A stretch of DNA of 32,000 bases from Massilicoli timonensis (GCF_900199515.1 NZ_LT963434.1:813272-845271); one strand, 5' to 3'. Counted from the first letter of the stretch, positions 1-9,325 are shown. Notes: a model not told the origin generated them from the sequence alone. Program-made: numbers and translations.

Positions 1-928
1 CATGCAGCATCGCCACATTTCCCTGGAAATCTTTTAAGATATAATGAATCGAAGTATTGCCGATCGGCACGGTCGCTTCAATGTCTTCATAGCCGTTTTC
101 CGGAAACTGCAGCTGTGTGATATTGCCCAGATCAAAAGAAAGCAGATTCATGGCAAAACGCTTGATCTCCGAATTGCTGACATTTGTTTCAATGTACGGC
201 ATGACCTGATTGACGATATCCAGCAGTTCAAAAGGACTTCTGCTTTTGAATTGATCGACGATCGCCAAGATGACCTGATTTTGTCTGTTCATTCTGCCGT
301 AATCGCTGTCCAGATTACGAATACGCGAATATTCCAGCGCCTGTTTGCCGTTTAGCGTATAAACACCGCCTCCGGAAAGACCGATCTGTCCCGCTTCCGC
401 CGCACTGAGCGACAAAGAAACGCCGCCCAAAAGATCGACGATCTTCGGTACGGAATTAAAATCAAACAGCACATAGCGCGTAATATCCAGATCCAGATTA
501 TAATTCAGCGTCTGCAGCGCCGATTCTACACCGCCGCTGGAATACGCCTCATTGAAGTTATTGTAGTCGTCGATTCCCGGAATATAGACCAGATTGTCGC
601 GCTGGATCGAACTGATCGTAATTTTATCGTTGTTGAAATCGAGCGATATGATCTTCATGACATCGGTGCGATGTGATGTGTCATTCTCGGTACCATCCGC
701 ACCCAACAGCGCAATATTGATCACATTGTAGCGTTCTTCAAGCGACAGCGATTCTTCCGATACGCCGCCCTGCTCTTTAGAAATCGCATCTTTTTGATTC
801 ATCTTGTTCAAGATCGAATCAATATATAAATTGCCGCCGATCACGACTGCGAGCACCAGCACCACGACCGTGCCTAATACCGCAATCAATCGTTTTTTGG
901 CTTTAATCGATAATCTGTGTTTTTTCAT
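1..928 (-). CDS. LytR-CpsA-Psr (LCP) family cell-envelope phosphotransferase; C-terminus runs off the window edge
   Basis: Absent from the ORF track because it is open at nt 1. My minus-strand translation from ATG 928-926 gives MKKHRLSIKAKKRLIAVLGTVVVLVLAVVIGG (TM anchor). It continues NIALLGADGTENDTSHRTDVMKIISLDFNNDKITISSIQRDNLVYIPG...RYVLFDFNSVPKIVDLLGGV...ALEYSRIRNLDSDYGRMNRQNQV, the LCP domain pattern. GAGGTG SD lies 6 nt upstream. Confidence 0.85.
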   Translation of the reverse strand, partial: MKKHRLSIKAKKRLIAVLGTVVVLVLAVVIGGNLYIDSILNKMNQKDAISKEQGGVSEESLSLEERYNVINIALLGADGTENDTSHRTDVMKIISLDFNNDKITISSIQRDNLVYIPGIDDYNNFNEAYSSGGVESALQTLNYNLDLDITRYVLFDFNSVPKIVDLLGGVSLSLSAAEAGQIGLSGGGVYTLNGKQALEYSRIRNLDSDYGRMNRQNQVILAIVDQFKSRSPFELLDIVNQVMPYIETNVSNSEIKRFAMNLLSFDLGNITQLQFPENGYEDIEATVPIGNTSIHYILKDFQGNVAMLH

Positions 929-1010
929 ACTTGCCACCTCACATTAGAGATTATACCTGATTTTATAGAAAAAGGCACTGCTTCTTGTCATAAAATCCAT
1001 ACATTTCACG

Positions 1011-1052
1011 AAAAAAACAGACTTTTCACATCTCTTTTCAAAAAGTCTGTTT
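1011..1052 (-). terminator. Rho-independent terminator after the small ORF
   Basis: 12-bp stem 1015-1026 / 1041-1052 (its core acagactttt / aaaagtctgt is a perfect 10 bp) with a 14-nt loop. On the minus strand it is followed by a run of T (rc of the A run 1011-1017). Confidence 0.65.
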
Positions 1053-1065
1053 CCCATGTCAGCAT

Positions 1066-1254
1066 TTATTTCTCAAAAAGCGACGCCGCTTCTACTTCCA
1101 GCACCTGTGCGATCCGCGCGATTTCCACTAGTGTTAATGTATCGTCAAGCGCAGCGACCACCGCCTTTTTCAGCACTTCATCTACTTTCATTCCTTTGAT
1201 CGCAGAAAGTGTCGCCAACCGTATTTTCAATAATTCCAGTGCATCTTGATCCAT
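1066..1254 (-). CDS. Small helical hypothetical protein (62 aa)
   Basis: ORF 1066-1269. The internal ATG at 1254 (MDQDALELL...) is preceded by GGAGGT with a 7-nt spacer. The C-terminal TLVEIARIAQVLEVEAASLF resembles the last helix of XRE-type HTH domains, but the rest does not match. Confidence 0.4.
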   Translation of the reverse strand: MDQDALELLKIRLATLSAIKGMKVDEVLKKAVVAALDDTLTLVEIARIAQVLEVEAASLFEK

Positions 1255-1349
1255 CCGGTTTACCTCCATCCTCTACTATCAGCTATTTCCTATTTTACCA
1301 GACTTATGCACATAGACAAGTCATTTATTGATTTTTGAAAGCAGTCCCG

Positions 1350-2939
1350 CTATTCATAGCGTTTGATCCTATGCTTGACAAAGAACACCGCGATCTTCAT
1401 CAATACATTGACCGCTAAGATCACCACCGAAATAAAGGCGGTTGCCTCGATCAGCGACTGGGAATCAAACTGCGGGATCAAAAGGGAAAGCGGCATCGTC
1501 TTAAAGTTTGCCAGAAAAGAAACCGCCGAGATCGTTACCATCGCATTGACAAAAATATAACTGAACATCTCACAAAGCGTTTCTTTCATACACGGCATGT
1601 AGACATCGCTCAACATCCTCATGCGGGAAATGCCCAGCGTCATCGACACATCTTCTAAATTTTCATTGAAATTGCTGAAAGAATTATAGGCAAGCAGATA
1701 CGGCGAGGCAAAGAAATGCACCAGATTGACCTGCACCAAGATCGCCAGCGTGCCATAGATCACACTGCCCTTGAAAAACAGCACATAGGAAAGACCAAGC
1801 ACGATTCCCGGTATCGCCAACGATAAGATCGAAATCAAATGCAGCGCCATCGTCGTAAAGGTTCGCTTTGAACGAGCGGTGATATAAGCCGCAAAATAAG
1901 TGAGCAGCACACCGATCAAAGCGGAAAACAGGGCGATGGTAAGGGAATTGATCAAATACATGCCTAGCCCCAGATCAAATGCCTTTGCCACATTTACCAG
2001 TGAAAACGACAGATCGATCGGATACTGCTTTACCACGCTGAGATAAACAAAAGTAAGGATCGGCAGGGAGATCAGCACCACCGTAACGATGCAAAGCAGG
2101 TAGGATAACCCATCCCGCACTTTGTTTGGATGAATCTCATAAGCGCGTACGATCGTACTGCTGCGCTGGCCGTCTTTATTGCGCAGATCGGCAATAAATG
2201 CGATGACAGCCGGAATCAGCAGCAAGATCCCGATGATCGCACCCTTTGAAAAATCAAGCAGACCGATGACCTCACGATACATATAGACCGGAATCGTCAT
2301 CATCTTACCGCCTAATACCAAAGGCACCCCATAATCCGTAAACACCAGCGTAAATACCGCAAAGATCGCCGAAAGCAGCGGCCGTTTCATATTGGCGAGC
2401 GTAATGCAGTCAAACTGATTGAACTTGCTGAGACCAAGCACCTCCGCCGCCTCATAGATCGTATAATCCTCATACTGGAATGTATCGGTGAATAACAGGA
2501 AAGCGACCGGAAAGCTATACAGCACTTCACCGATCACAACGCCCAATAAACCATACAGCGGCAAATTCACACCGAATAAATTCGTCAGCAGTCCATTGTC
2601 GCCAAATAACAGCACCAGCCCCATCCCATGTGAAATACTGGGAATCAGCATCGGCAGCGTAAACAAGACGGAAAAAAGTCCTTTCATCTTGATCGAACTG
2701 CGATTGACGCACCATGCCAGCGCCAAAGCCAGCGTAACTGAAATCGCCGTCGCCAAAGCGCTCGCCAACAAAGAATTGAAGATCATCGGCCAAAACTGCG
2801 GCGCGTCTATGATCTTGGGAATATCGTCTACATGAATATTGCACAACAGGGTAATGAGCGGCGCAACGACGCTGATCAAAAGAAATACGATGATCAAAAC
2901 CCGGATACTGTGATAGCTTCTATTGCGCATGCTGTTCAT
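1350..2939 (-). CDS. ABC transporter permease, fused two-domain type (Fe3+ / 2-aminoethylphosphonate / thiamine-class importer)
   Basis: 529 aa, about 12 predicted TM helices in two repeats. Overlaps the upstream ATPase gene by 20 nt. Substrate cannot be assigned from sequence alone. Confidence 0.8.
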   Translation of the reverse strand: MNSMRNRSYHSIRVLIIVFLLISVVAPLITLLCNIHVDDIPKIIDAPQFWPMIFNSLLASALATAISVTLALALAWCVNRSSIKMKGLFSVLFTLPMLIPSISHGMGLVLLFGDNGLLTNLFGVNLPLYGLLGVVIGEVLYSFPVAFLLFTDTFQYEDYTIYEAAEVLGLSKFNQFDCITLANMKRPLLSAIFAVFTLVFTDYGVPLVLGGKMMTIPVYMYREVIGLLDFSKGAIIGILLLIPAVIAFIADLRNKDGQRSSTIVRAYEIHPNKVRDGLSYLLCIVTVVLISLPILTFVYLSVVKQYPIDLSFSLVNVAKAFDLGLGMYLINSLTIALFSALIGVLLTYFAAYITARSKRTFTTMALHLISILSLAIPGIVLGLSYVLFFKGSVIYGTLAILVQVNLVHFFASPYLLAYNSFSNFNENLEDVSMTLGISRMRMLSDVYMPCMKETLCEMFSYIFVNAMVTISAVSFLANFKTMPLSLLIPQFDSQSLIEATAFISVVILAVNVLMKIAVFFVKHRIKRYE

Positions 2940-3723
2940 CTCCGCTCTTCTTACCGGTACATTTTAATAACGACTCATATTTTTGATCCAAATGATTTAC
3001 CACAAAATCTTGAACATAGTCATTTGCCGGGTGATCATAAATTTCCCGCGGCGTATCGATCTGTTCGATTTTACCCTCGCTCATGATCATGATGCGGTCC
3101 GACAAGAAAAACGCTTCCTCCTGATCATGCGTGATGAAGATCATCGTCGATCTGAATTTCTTTTGAATTTCCTTTAGTTCCCGCTTCATTACCTCCCGCA
3201 TCGACACATCCAATGCGGAAATCGGCTCATCCAGCAAGATAATATCCGGATTTAACGCCAAAGTACGCGCGATCGCCACACGCTGCTGCTGACCGCCGGA
3301 CAACTGTGAGGGTTTTTTATGCAGCTGATCCTTTAAGCCGATCGCCTCCAGTGTTTCCGCGGCGATCTGCTTTGCCTTCTTATTGTCTTTATAGCGCACA
3401 TTTAACGCATACGATACATTTTCTAAAACATCCATGTTGGGAAACAGCGCATAATTCTGAAAGACGATGCCCATGCCGCGATCGCTTGGTTTAAGCGCCG
3501 AGATCTCACGTCCTTCTTTGATGATAGAACCTGCATCCTTTGTTTCCAAGCCGATCAGGATCCTTAACAGTGTCGTCTTCCCGCATCCGCTCGGCCCCAG
3601 CACCGACAAAAACTCTCCGTCGTACACATCAAAGGAAATGCCTTTTAAGATTTCTTTTCCGTTCATCTGTTTTTTCAGATCACGCACCTGTAATTTCACA
3701 TTTTGTTGCTTTAATACTTCCAT
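2920..3723 (-). CDS. ABC transporter ATP-binding protein (PotA/FbpC-like)
   Basis: Walker A GPSGCGKTT, ABC signature LSGGQQQRV, Walker B IILLDEP, H-loop FITHDQ. Confidence 0.9.
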   Translation of the reverse strand: MEVLKQQNVKLQVRDLKKQMNGKEILKGISFDVYDGEFLSVLGPSGCGKTTLLRILIGLETKDAGSIIKEGREISALKPSDRGMGIVFQNYALFPNMDVLENVSYALNVRYKDNKKAKQIAAETLEAIGLKDQLHKKPSQLSGGQQQRVAIARTLALNPDIILLDEPISALDVSMREVMKRELKEIQKKFRSTMIFITHDQEEAFFLSDRIMIMSEGKIEQIDTPREIYDHPANDYVQDFVVNHLDQKYESLLKCTGKKSGDEQHAQ

Positions 3724-4685
3724 TTCGCAAGCAGCCTCTCTTTCTCCTGTAAGTCCTCTATCCCCTGCATATCGGCATAACGAATGTTTTTCGGATAGTT
3801 TTCGATATAGTTGTTTTGTTTTTTCAAGATCTGTTCCGGAGAGTCATATTCCTTGTCAATGACCAGATATTCATTGATCAGATACTGATACACTTCCAGT
3901 ACTTCTTCATCATTTTCATTGCCTTTGATCAAGGCGGCTCCGGTCATGGAATAAGGAGAGCCGTATTCCGGCGTCAGCATTTCCAGATCATTGCCCTCAT
4001 TGTATTCACTGACACCTTGAAACGTCAGTCCCAGTCCGATGGCGATCTCTCCCTGTACCAGCAGCTTTACCGGACCCGAGCCGGATTCACTGAACTGCTT
4101 GATATTGTCGGCCAGCCGATCGATATAAGCAAACGCCTCTTCCTCGCCTAACACATTGACCAGATTTTTCAAAAAGAAATAGCCGGTGCCGCTGGATTTA
4201 GGATCAGGCATTGCGATGAGTCCCTGATAAGCGGGATCTAACAGATCTTCATAAGTATGCGGCGTTGGCAGATCATACTTGTCTAACACGCTGTGATTCA
4301 CAATGATGCTGCCGGCCTGACGATTCCAGATCACATAGCGATCATCCTTTGTTTTTGCGTCATCTACATAGTCTAACTTAGAATATTGTGCAGAGGGCGC
4401 CAACTGCTCTTTGATCTTCTCCATATATGCCGTTTCCATATCAATGATGATATCCGCATCGGTCTGTTCTTTTTCAACACTGATCTTCGCAGCCGCTTTC
4501 GCCGTCGGCACATACATGACGATCACTTCTTTATCCGGAAATTGTTTTTCTAATTCCGCCTGCATACGATCATTGCGAAACTGTTCCATACAAGAATAGA
4601 CGATGATCGTACCGCCCTGCGCTTTCACACTGTAAACGCAAAGTACGATCGCTACGCCAAGCAATGCGACCCATAATTTTTTCAT
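3711..4685 (-). CDS. Extracellular solute-binding protein (family 1) of the ABC importer
   Basis: The start is moved to MKKLWVALLGVAIVLCVYSVKAQGG (signal peptide), preceded by AAAGGAG. The longer ORF-track start (4736) lies inside the predicted promoter. SSGTGYFFLKNL is typical of Fe3+/AEP/thiamine-type binding proteins. Confidence 0.8.
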   Translation of the reverse strand: MKKLWVALLGVAIVLCVYSVKAQGGTIIVYSCMEQFRNDRMQAELEKQFPDKEVIVMYVPTAKAAAKISVEKEQTDADIIIDMETAYMEKIKEQLAPSAQYSKLDYVDDAKTKDDRYVIWNRQAGSIIVNHSVLDKYDLPTPHTYEDLLDPAYQGLIAMPDPKSSGTGYFFLKNLVNVLGEEEAFAYIDRLADNIKQFSESGSGPVKLLVQGEIAIGLGLTFQGVSEYNEGNDLEMLTPEYGSPYSMTGAALIKGNENDEEVLEVYQYLINEYLVIDKEYDSPEQILKKQNNYIENYPKNIRYADMQGIEDLQEKERLLAKWKY

Positions 4686-4713
4686 AAGCAAACTCCTTTG
4701 TTCAATATTAACT

Positions 4714-4741
4714 ATTATAGACCTTATTTTGAACATTGCAA
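4714..4741 (-). promoter_or_regulatory. Sigma-A type promoter of the ABC operon
   Basis: The minus strand reads TTGCAA (4741-4736), a 16-nt spacer, then TATAAT (4719-4714), about 30 nt upstream of the MKKLW start. Confidence 0.5.
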
Positions 4742-4980
4742 CCCCATATTCCTTAATAAAATTTAATTTTTACTTAAATTTTACTGCTTTTGTGTTCATT
4801 TTTATACAATTATTCTTTTTTTCAGTACAGCTTATGGATAACGACAGTGCATTGACTGCTGTGATTCAAAGATGAAATCCTATCGTTCTGTTTTTCCTTT
4901 CTTTTTTTCGATCGAAATGGTATAAGCATACGATCTCTTTACCATACTAGCACTATCTGATAGGAAAAGAGGTTGTCGTT

Positions 4981-5556
4981 ATGAAAAAAATGATCTTACT
5001 GTTGATTTTGCTTTTGCCGTTCATTCAGCCCGTTGCCGCTAACCATAACAGCGCTGTTTTATTGATTCCAAACAGCGATGATACTTATTATGTCATTGCC
5101 AATCAAGGCAGCGATTTTCAGATTTTAGCCATTCCCAAAAACAGCGCCATGCCGATTCCCTGCCTCCACGATCAAATTACCGATACGGCAGATTTCGCCG
5201 AAAATGAGACTGCTGTTTCCTGTATCAAAGAGGCGATCGGCGATGCTTTCTCCTTATCCATCGATCACCATGTGCTGCTCGATACCGAAGAAATGGCCGA
5301 TCAGCTCGATCTGAAAAAGAATGCCAAGCAGGATCAGTTTGAACAGATCATCACCTACTTCAATGACGAAGCACACACGCTTTCCTTAAAAGACTGCTAT
5401 GTTTTATATCAAAGCATATCCACCGATCTATCGATCTTTACGCTGTATGATTACTATCAGCTGTTTACCGATTCTGCTTTTCATTATGAAAAGCAAATGC
5501 CGTTTTTCCTTTATGCAGACAAGCAGATGATCCCACTTTCCTATTTGCCAAAGTAA
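4981..5556 (+). CDS. Secreted hypothetical protein, possibly a degenerate LCP-like domain
   Basis: N-terminal signal peptide MKKMILLLILLLPFIQPVAANH. SD AAAGAGG lies upstream. There is weak resemblance to the LCP core (ILAIPKNSAMPIP; FSLSIDHHVLLDTEEMADQL). Confidence 0.6.
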   Translation: MKKMILLLILLLPFIQPVAANHNSAVLLIPNSDDTYYVIANQGSDFQILAIPKNSAMPIPCLHDQITDTADFAENETAVSCIKEAIGDAFSLSIDHHVLLDTEEMADQLDLKKNAKQDQFEQIITYFNDEAHTLSLKDCYVLYQSISTDLSIFTLYDYYQLFTDSAFHYEKQMPFFLYADKQMIPLSYLPK

Positions 5557-5631
5557 CAAGATCTTACGCAAATCATGCACTTGTGCCTTTTCCATCTATC
5601 TGCCTGTATCAAAGCAGTGAATAACGAAACT

Positions 5632-5668
5632 AAAAAACGATTCGCATGTCTGATCGAATCGTTTTTTT
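5632..5668. terminator. Bidirectional rho-independent terminator between convergent genes
   Basis: Stem aacgattcg (5636-5644) / cgaatcgtt (5655-5663), flanked by an A run (5632-5637) and a T run (5662-5668). Confidence 0.7.
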
Positions 5669-5683
5669 CTATATGCAGCTGTT

Positions 5684-6556
5684 TTATAAACGCTTTTCAA
5701 AATTGCCGCTGACACTCATTCCTTCATTAAAGATCACAAATGCCTTCGGATCAAGGGAATGGATCAGCTTCTTTAAGCGGCTGACCTCATATTTGGAAAT
5801 GACCGTTACCAGCACATGGGTTTTCTCATTGGTATAAGAACCAAAACCATCCCATTTCGTAACACCGCGCACCATCGTTTGATTGATCAGTGTATCAATG
5901 CCATCTACTTTCGTAAAGATCATGACCGTCATATTGATATTTTGATAATGGATCTTATCCATCGCCGTTGACATGATAACGGAATAAATAATGGAATAAA
6001 GCGCCACCATCGGATTAAACAAGACCGCACAAAGCGCATAGACGATCAGATTGAATCCGGTAAACATCTTGCCGACACTGAAACCGGGAATTTTCTGCGT
6101 CAATAATACGCCGAGTATATCCGCTCCGCCGCCGGATCCCCCGCCGCGCAATACCAATCCGATGCCGACCCCGCAAAGCGCGCCGCCTACTAAACATGTC
6201 ATCCACGCATCTTCTAAAAACGGCACTGCCGGAATCAAGATCGCCGTCAGGGTGATGCTTTGTACAACAACGCTCAACAGCGTTCTAAAGAAAAAGCGTT
6301 TTGATATATCCTTATATGCGATCATAAACAGCGGAATATTCAAAACAAAATTCAAGATGCCGGCAATTTCCACATTGGCGGGAATCGGGATATGCAAAAT
6401 ATCCATCAAAATGGTACGCACGATCTGCGATACCCCCAAAAGGCCGCCGCTGTAATACCCCATCGGCACGATAAACAGATTCATACCGGCCGCAAACAAG
6501 ATCGAACCGATGACGACCGATAACAGTTCTTTCCACTCTACCCGCAGTTTTTCCAT
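5684..6556 (-). CDS. YitT family membrane protein (DUF2179 C-terminal domain), paralog 1
   Basis: 290 aa. Polytopic N-terminal region with GGGSGGGADILG and a soluble C-terminal domain ending VIFNEGMSVSGNFEKRL. Extended -10 TGcTATAAT lies at 6610-6602 upstream. Confidence 0.85.
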   Translation of the reverse strand: MEKLRVEWKELLSVVIGSILFAAGMNLFIVPMGYYSGGLLGVSQIVRTILMDILHIPIPANVEIAGILNFVLNIPLFMIAYKDISKRFFFRTLLSVVVQSITLTAILIPAVPFLEDAWMTCLVGGALCGVGIGLVLRGGGSGGGADILGVLLTQKIPGFSVGKMFTGFNLIVYALCAVLFNPMVALYSIIYSVIMSTAMDKIHYQNINMTVMIFTKVDGIDTLINQTMVRGVTKWDGFGSYTNEKTHVLVTVISKYEVSRLKKLIHSLDPKAFVIFNEGMSVSGNFEKRL

Positions 6557-6660
6557 CTTTTCCCTACCTCATCTCATTTTCTATTTTTTATGGTCTATTT
6601 CATTATAGCACAGCGCTTCCAAAAGAAAACCGTTCTCTTTCGCAAATGATCGTATTCCAT

Positions 6661-6698
6661 AAAAAAGATGATGGCAAACAAATGTTCGACACATCATC
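6661..6698 (-). terminator. Rho-independent terminator after the PurF-like gene
   Basis: Stem gatgatg (6667-6673) / catcatc (6692-6698). On the minus strand it is followed by TTTTTT (rc of 6661-6666). Confidence 0.6.
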
Positions 6699-6715
6699 CC
6701 TTTTCCATATTCTAT

Positions 6716-8131
6716 CTACTCTTTGCCATCAAAGCAATACGTACAGAGCTTACACTTCGGTAAACCGATCGATTCCACCATATCATCTAAACGATGAAAG
6801 CGCAGCGTCGTGAAGTTAGAGATCTTTCTGATTTCTTCACACATCTTCGCATAGCGTTCGCTGTTTGGATCGGCATATTCCTTCAAGATCTCATCGGTTA
6901 CATGATCATGCTCCAAACGATGGATCACCCTTCTGGTAATGAGATCCATTTCCGAACTGGAACGGGAAAAGTTTAAGTATTTACAGCCGAACATGATCGG
7001 CGGACAGGCTGGACGTACGTGCACTTCCTTTGCCCCGCTGTCATATAAAAACTCGGTCGTTTCTCCTAACTGTGTTCCGCGCACGATCGAATCATCGATC
7101 AGCAATAATTTCTTATCATGGATCATTTCCTTGACCGGGATCAGCTTCATTTTAGCGATCATATTACGCTGTTTCTGACTTGCCGGCATGAAAGAACGCG
7201 GCCATGTCGGCGTATATTTGATAAAGGGCCTGGCAAAAGGCAGATGCGATTCATTAGAATAGCCGACCGCATGCGCCGTCCCGGAATCCGGTACGCCGGC
7301 AACACTGTCGACATGCACGCCTGCTTCCATATCGCGTCGAGCCAATAGCTTTCCGCATTCATTGCGCATACATTCGACATTGATGCCCTCATAGGTAGAA
7401 GTCGGATAGCCATAATAGACCCATAAAAATGAACAGATCTTCATTTCCTCCTGCGGCGCTTTTTTCTGTTCCACCTTCTGCGGCGTGATATACACGATCT
7501 CTCCCGGACCCAGATCACGATAATGATGATAGCCGAGATTCAAAAAGGCGCTGCTTTCAAATGTCATACAGTAACCGCTGTCCTTTTGTCCGATGATGAC
7601 CGGTGTACGTCCATAGCGATCACGCATCGCATAAATGCCTTCTGCCGTCATCAGCAGAATGCTCATAGATCCCTTAACGATTTCCTGCACATAAGTAAGA
7701 CCTTCTACAATGCTGTCCTTGTGATTGACTAATGCCGCCACCAGCTCCGTCGGATTGATGACCCCGCTGCTGGTCTCCAGAAAATGCGTCGCGCCTTTGG
7801 AGAAACAAAGATCACGCAGTTCCTCTAAGTTATTGATCCTGCCGACCGTCGTGATCGCAAAAGAACCAAGATGCGATTTTACCAATAGCGGCTGCGCTTC
7901 ATTATCGGAAATACAGCCGATCCCCAAATTACCGTTAAACTCCTCAATGTCTTTCTCGAACTTCGTTCTGAACGGCGAATTTTGAATATTGTGAATGGCG
8001 CGGTTAAATCCTTCTTCGCCATGCACCGTCATACCGGCACGCCGCGTACCCAGATGCGAATGATAATCGACCCCGAAAAACAAATCCAGTACACAATCTT
8101 TCTTTGATGCAACACCAAAAAATCCACTCAT
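6716..8131 (-). CDS. Amidophosphoribosyltransferase-like (PurF family) protein lacking the N-terminal catalytic Cys
   Basis: 471 aa, collinear with PurF. It has the PRPP loop LLLIDDSIVRGTQ, VAGVPDSGT, and Cys residues at CSFLW, FGCKYL and CKLCTYC. The N-terminus is MSGFFGV (Ser codon AGT at 8126-8128) rather than M-C-G. Confidence 0.85.
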   Translation of the reverse strand: MSGFFGVASKKDCVLDLFFGVDYHSHLGTRRAGMTVHGEEGFNRAIHNIQNSPFRTKFEKDIEEFNGNLGIGCISDNEAQPLLVKSHLGSFAITTVGRINNLEELRDLCFSKGATHFLETSSGVINPTELVAALVNHKDSIVEGLTYVQEIVKGSMSILLMTAEGIYAMRDRYGRTPVIIGQKDSGYCMTFESSAFLNLGYHHYRDLGPGEIVYITPQKVEQKKAPQEEMKICSFLWVYYGYPTSTYEGINVECMRNECGKLLARRDMEAGVHVDSVAGVPDSGTAHAVGYSNESHLPFARPFIKYTPTWPRSFMPASQKQRNMIAKMKLIPVKEMIHDKKLLLIDDSIVRGTQLGETTEFLYDSGAKEVHVRPACPPIMFGCKYLNFSRSSSEMDLITRRVIHRLEHDHVTDEILKEYADPNSERYAKMCEEIRKISNFTTLRFHRLDDMVESIGLPKCKLCTYCFDGKE

Positions 8132-8389
8132 TTGTCTGCTTGTCCTCCATCCTCATTCTCTTCCTGAAGATCCTAAAAGCGTACCATTCTTTTACGACCT
8201 TCACTTTGGCAAAGCACAGCATGAAGTTTTTTCGTCCATCGAAATCGATCGATGAAAAAGCAAACCGCATGTACCCTGTCCGTTTTTTACTTTTTTCTTG
8301 TTATTCAAAAATAACGTAATTATTGTAACACAAATTCAATGGCTTGTTTCCCTGAATTTATGTTTTTTTATGCCTTTGAAAGCGGTCTT

Positions 8390-9325
8390 TTATGTAAAAT
8401 AAACATAATCCTCCAAGTGGGTGATGACCTTTCTTTCCGTTTCTTTGATCATACATACTTCTCCCCCGTAATCCGCATCATATGCGACGCTGATCGTGCC
8501 GCTGATCTGTAGCCATGTTCCCACTTCCGGCAGTTCTTGCTCTGTAAAGACCCATAAAGCGATCAGTGAAGTATCTTCACTGCAGCACACCATCGCTTCT
8601 CTGCCCAGCACATAGGCACTCGCCTGCGCTTTCGGCGATGGATACACCTTGGCCTGATAAGTGATCTGCTTGCCCTCATATTTGCGCGGATGTTCCAGCG
8701 CGTCCATATACCAGATGCCATAATCATGATCAGAAAGCGTAATAGATGAATCCATGGCAAAAGGCAGACTCGCTTCATGCAGCGGCTCGATCGTACCGTT
8801 TTCATTTTCATAGATGATCTGCGCACCGCGATTCATCGCCTTTATATTATTGCGTAAATAAAGCTGATTCGTCGTCCTGTTACAGCGATTGAAAATGATC
8901 GTTTCACTGTGCCGCAGCTGTTCATATACGATCTTGCGCATATTGGTCAAATACAGATCGAAGGTAGACGCATCGACCGTTGATAAGATCTGTACCAAGA
9001 TCCAACGCAGCGGAAATACCAGATCCAAAAAGCGATCGACGCTCCACATGCCGTTCAGTTCTACCAGCACCCGATCAGGATGACAATGCTGTTCACACGC
9101 TTCCAAAAAATCCTCATTCAGTTGAGAAACGTCATCAACCATCACGATCTGCGCATTGACCTGCTTCAAAAAAGCGTCGTCATAGCCCTTTGTTCCTTCC
9201 TCGCATACCAAGATCAGATTTCTTTCATCACTTTGAAACTGCGGATCCAGCAAGGTTTCTTGAATCAGCGTCGTTTTCCCGCTTTCCAAAAAACCGCTGA
9301 ACACATACAGCAAACACTCTTTCAT
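8390..9325 (-). CDS. COG0523-related P-loop domain without CxCC, fused to a DUF1980/TIGR03943-like CC-motif C-terminal domain
   Basis: Walker A SGFLESGKTT. The region aligned to the neighbour's CICC reads MVDDVSQL. The C-terminus YVLGREAMVCCSEDTSLIALWVF...GTWLQISGTI resembles the DUF1980 CCxxD motif. ATGA start/stop overlap with the upstream gene at 9322-9325. Confidence 0.7.
   Translation of the reverse strand: MKECLLYVFSGFLESGKTTLIQETLLDPQFQSDERNLILVCEEGTKGYDDAFLKQVNAQIVMVDDVSQLNEDFLEACEQHCHPDRVLVELNGMWSVDRFLDLVFPLRWILVQILSTVDASTFDLYLTNMRKIVYEQLRHSETIIFNRCNRTTNQLYLRNNIKAMNRGAQIIYENENGTIEPLHEASLPFAMDSSITLSDHDYGIWYMDALEHPRKYEGKQITYQAKVYPSPKAQASAYVLGREAMVCCSEDTSLIALWVFTEQELPEVGTWLQISGTISVAYDADYGGEVCMIKETERKVITHLEDYVYFT

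Noticed and set aside
44-355. 103-aa plus-strand ORF at the window start
   Set aside because: It lies antisense inside the well-supported minus-strand LCP gene (1-928). It has no SD and its composition is typical of an antisense frame.
2488-2844. 115-aa (+) and 105-aa (-) ORFs inside the ABC permease gene
   Set aside because: They are alternative frames of a clearly membrane-protein-coding region, with no independent start signals.
4686-4980. Riboswitch upstream of the ABC importer (for example TPP)
   Set aside because: The promoter sits only about 30 nt from the start codon, and I could find no TPP-like (CTGAGA...ACCTGA) or other consensus in either orientation.
8004-8270. 88-aa minus-strand ORF spanning the PurF-like start
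   Set aside because: It overlaps the PurF-like N-terminus out of frame. It has an Arg/Cys/Trp-rich, low-plausibility sequence and no SD.
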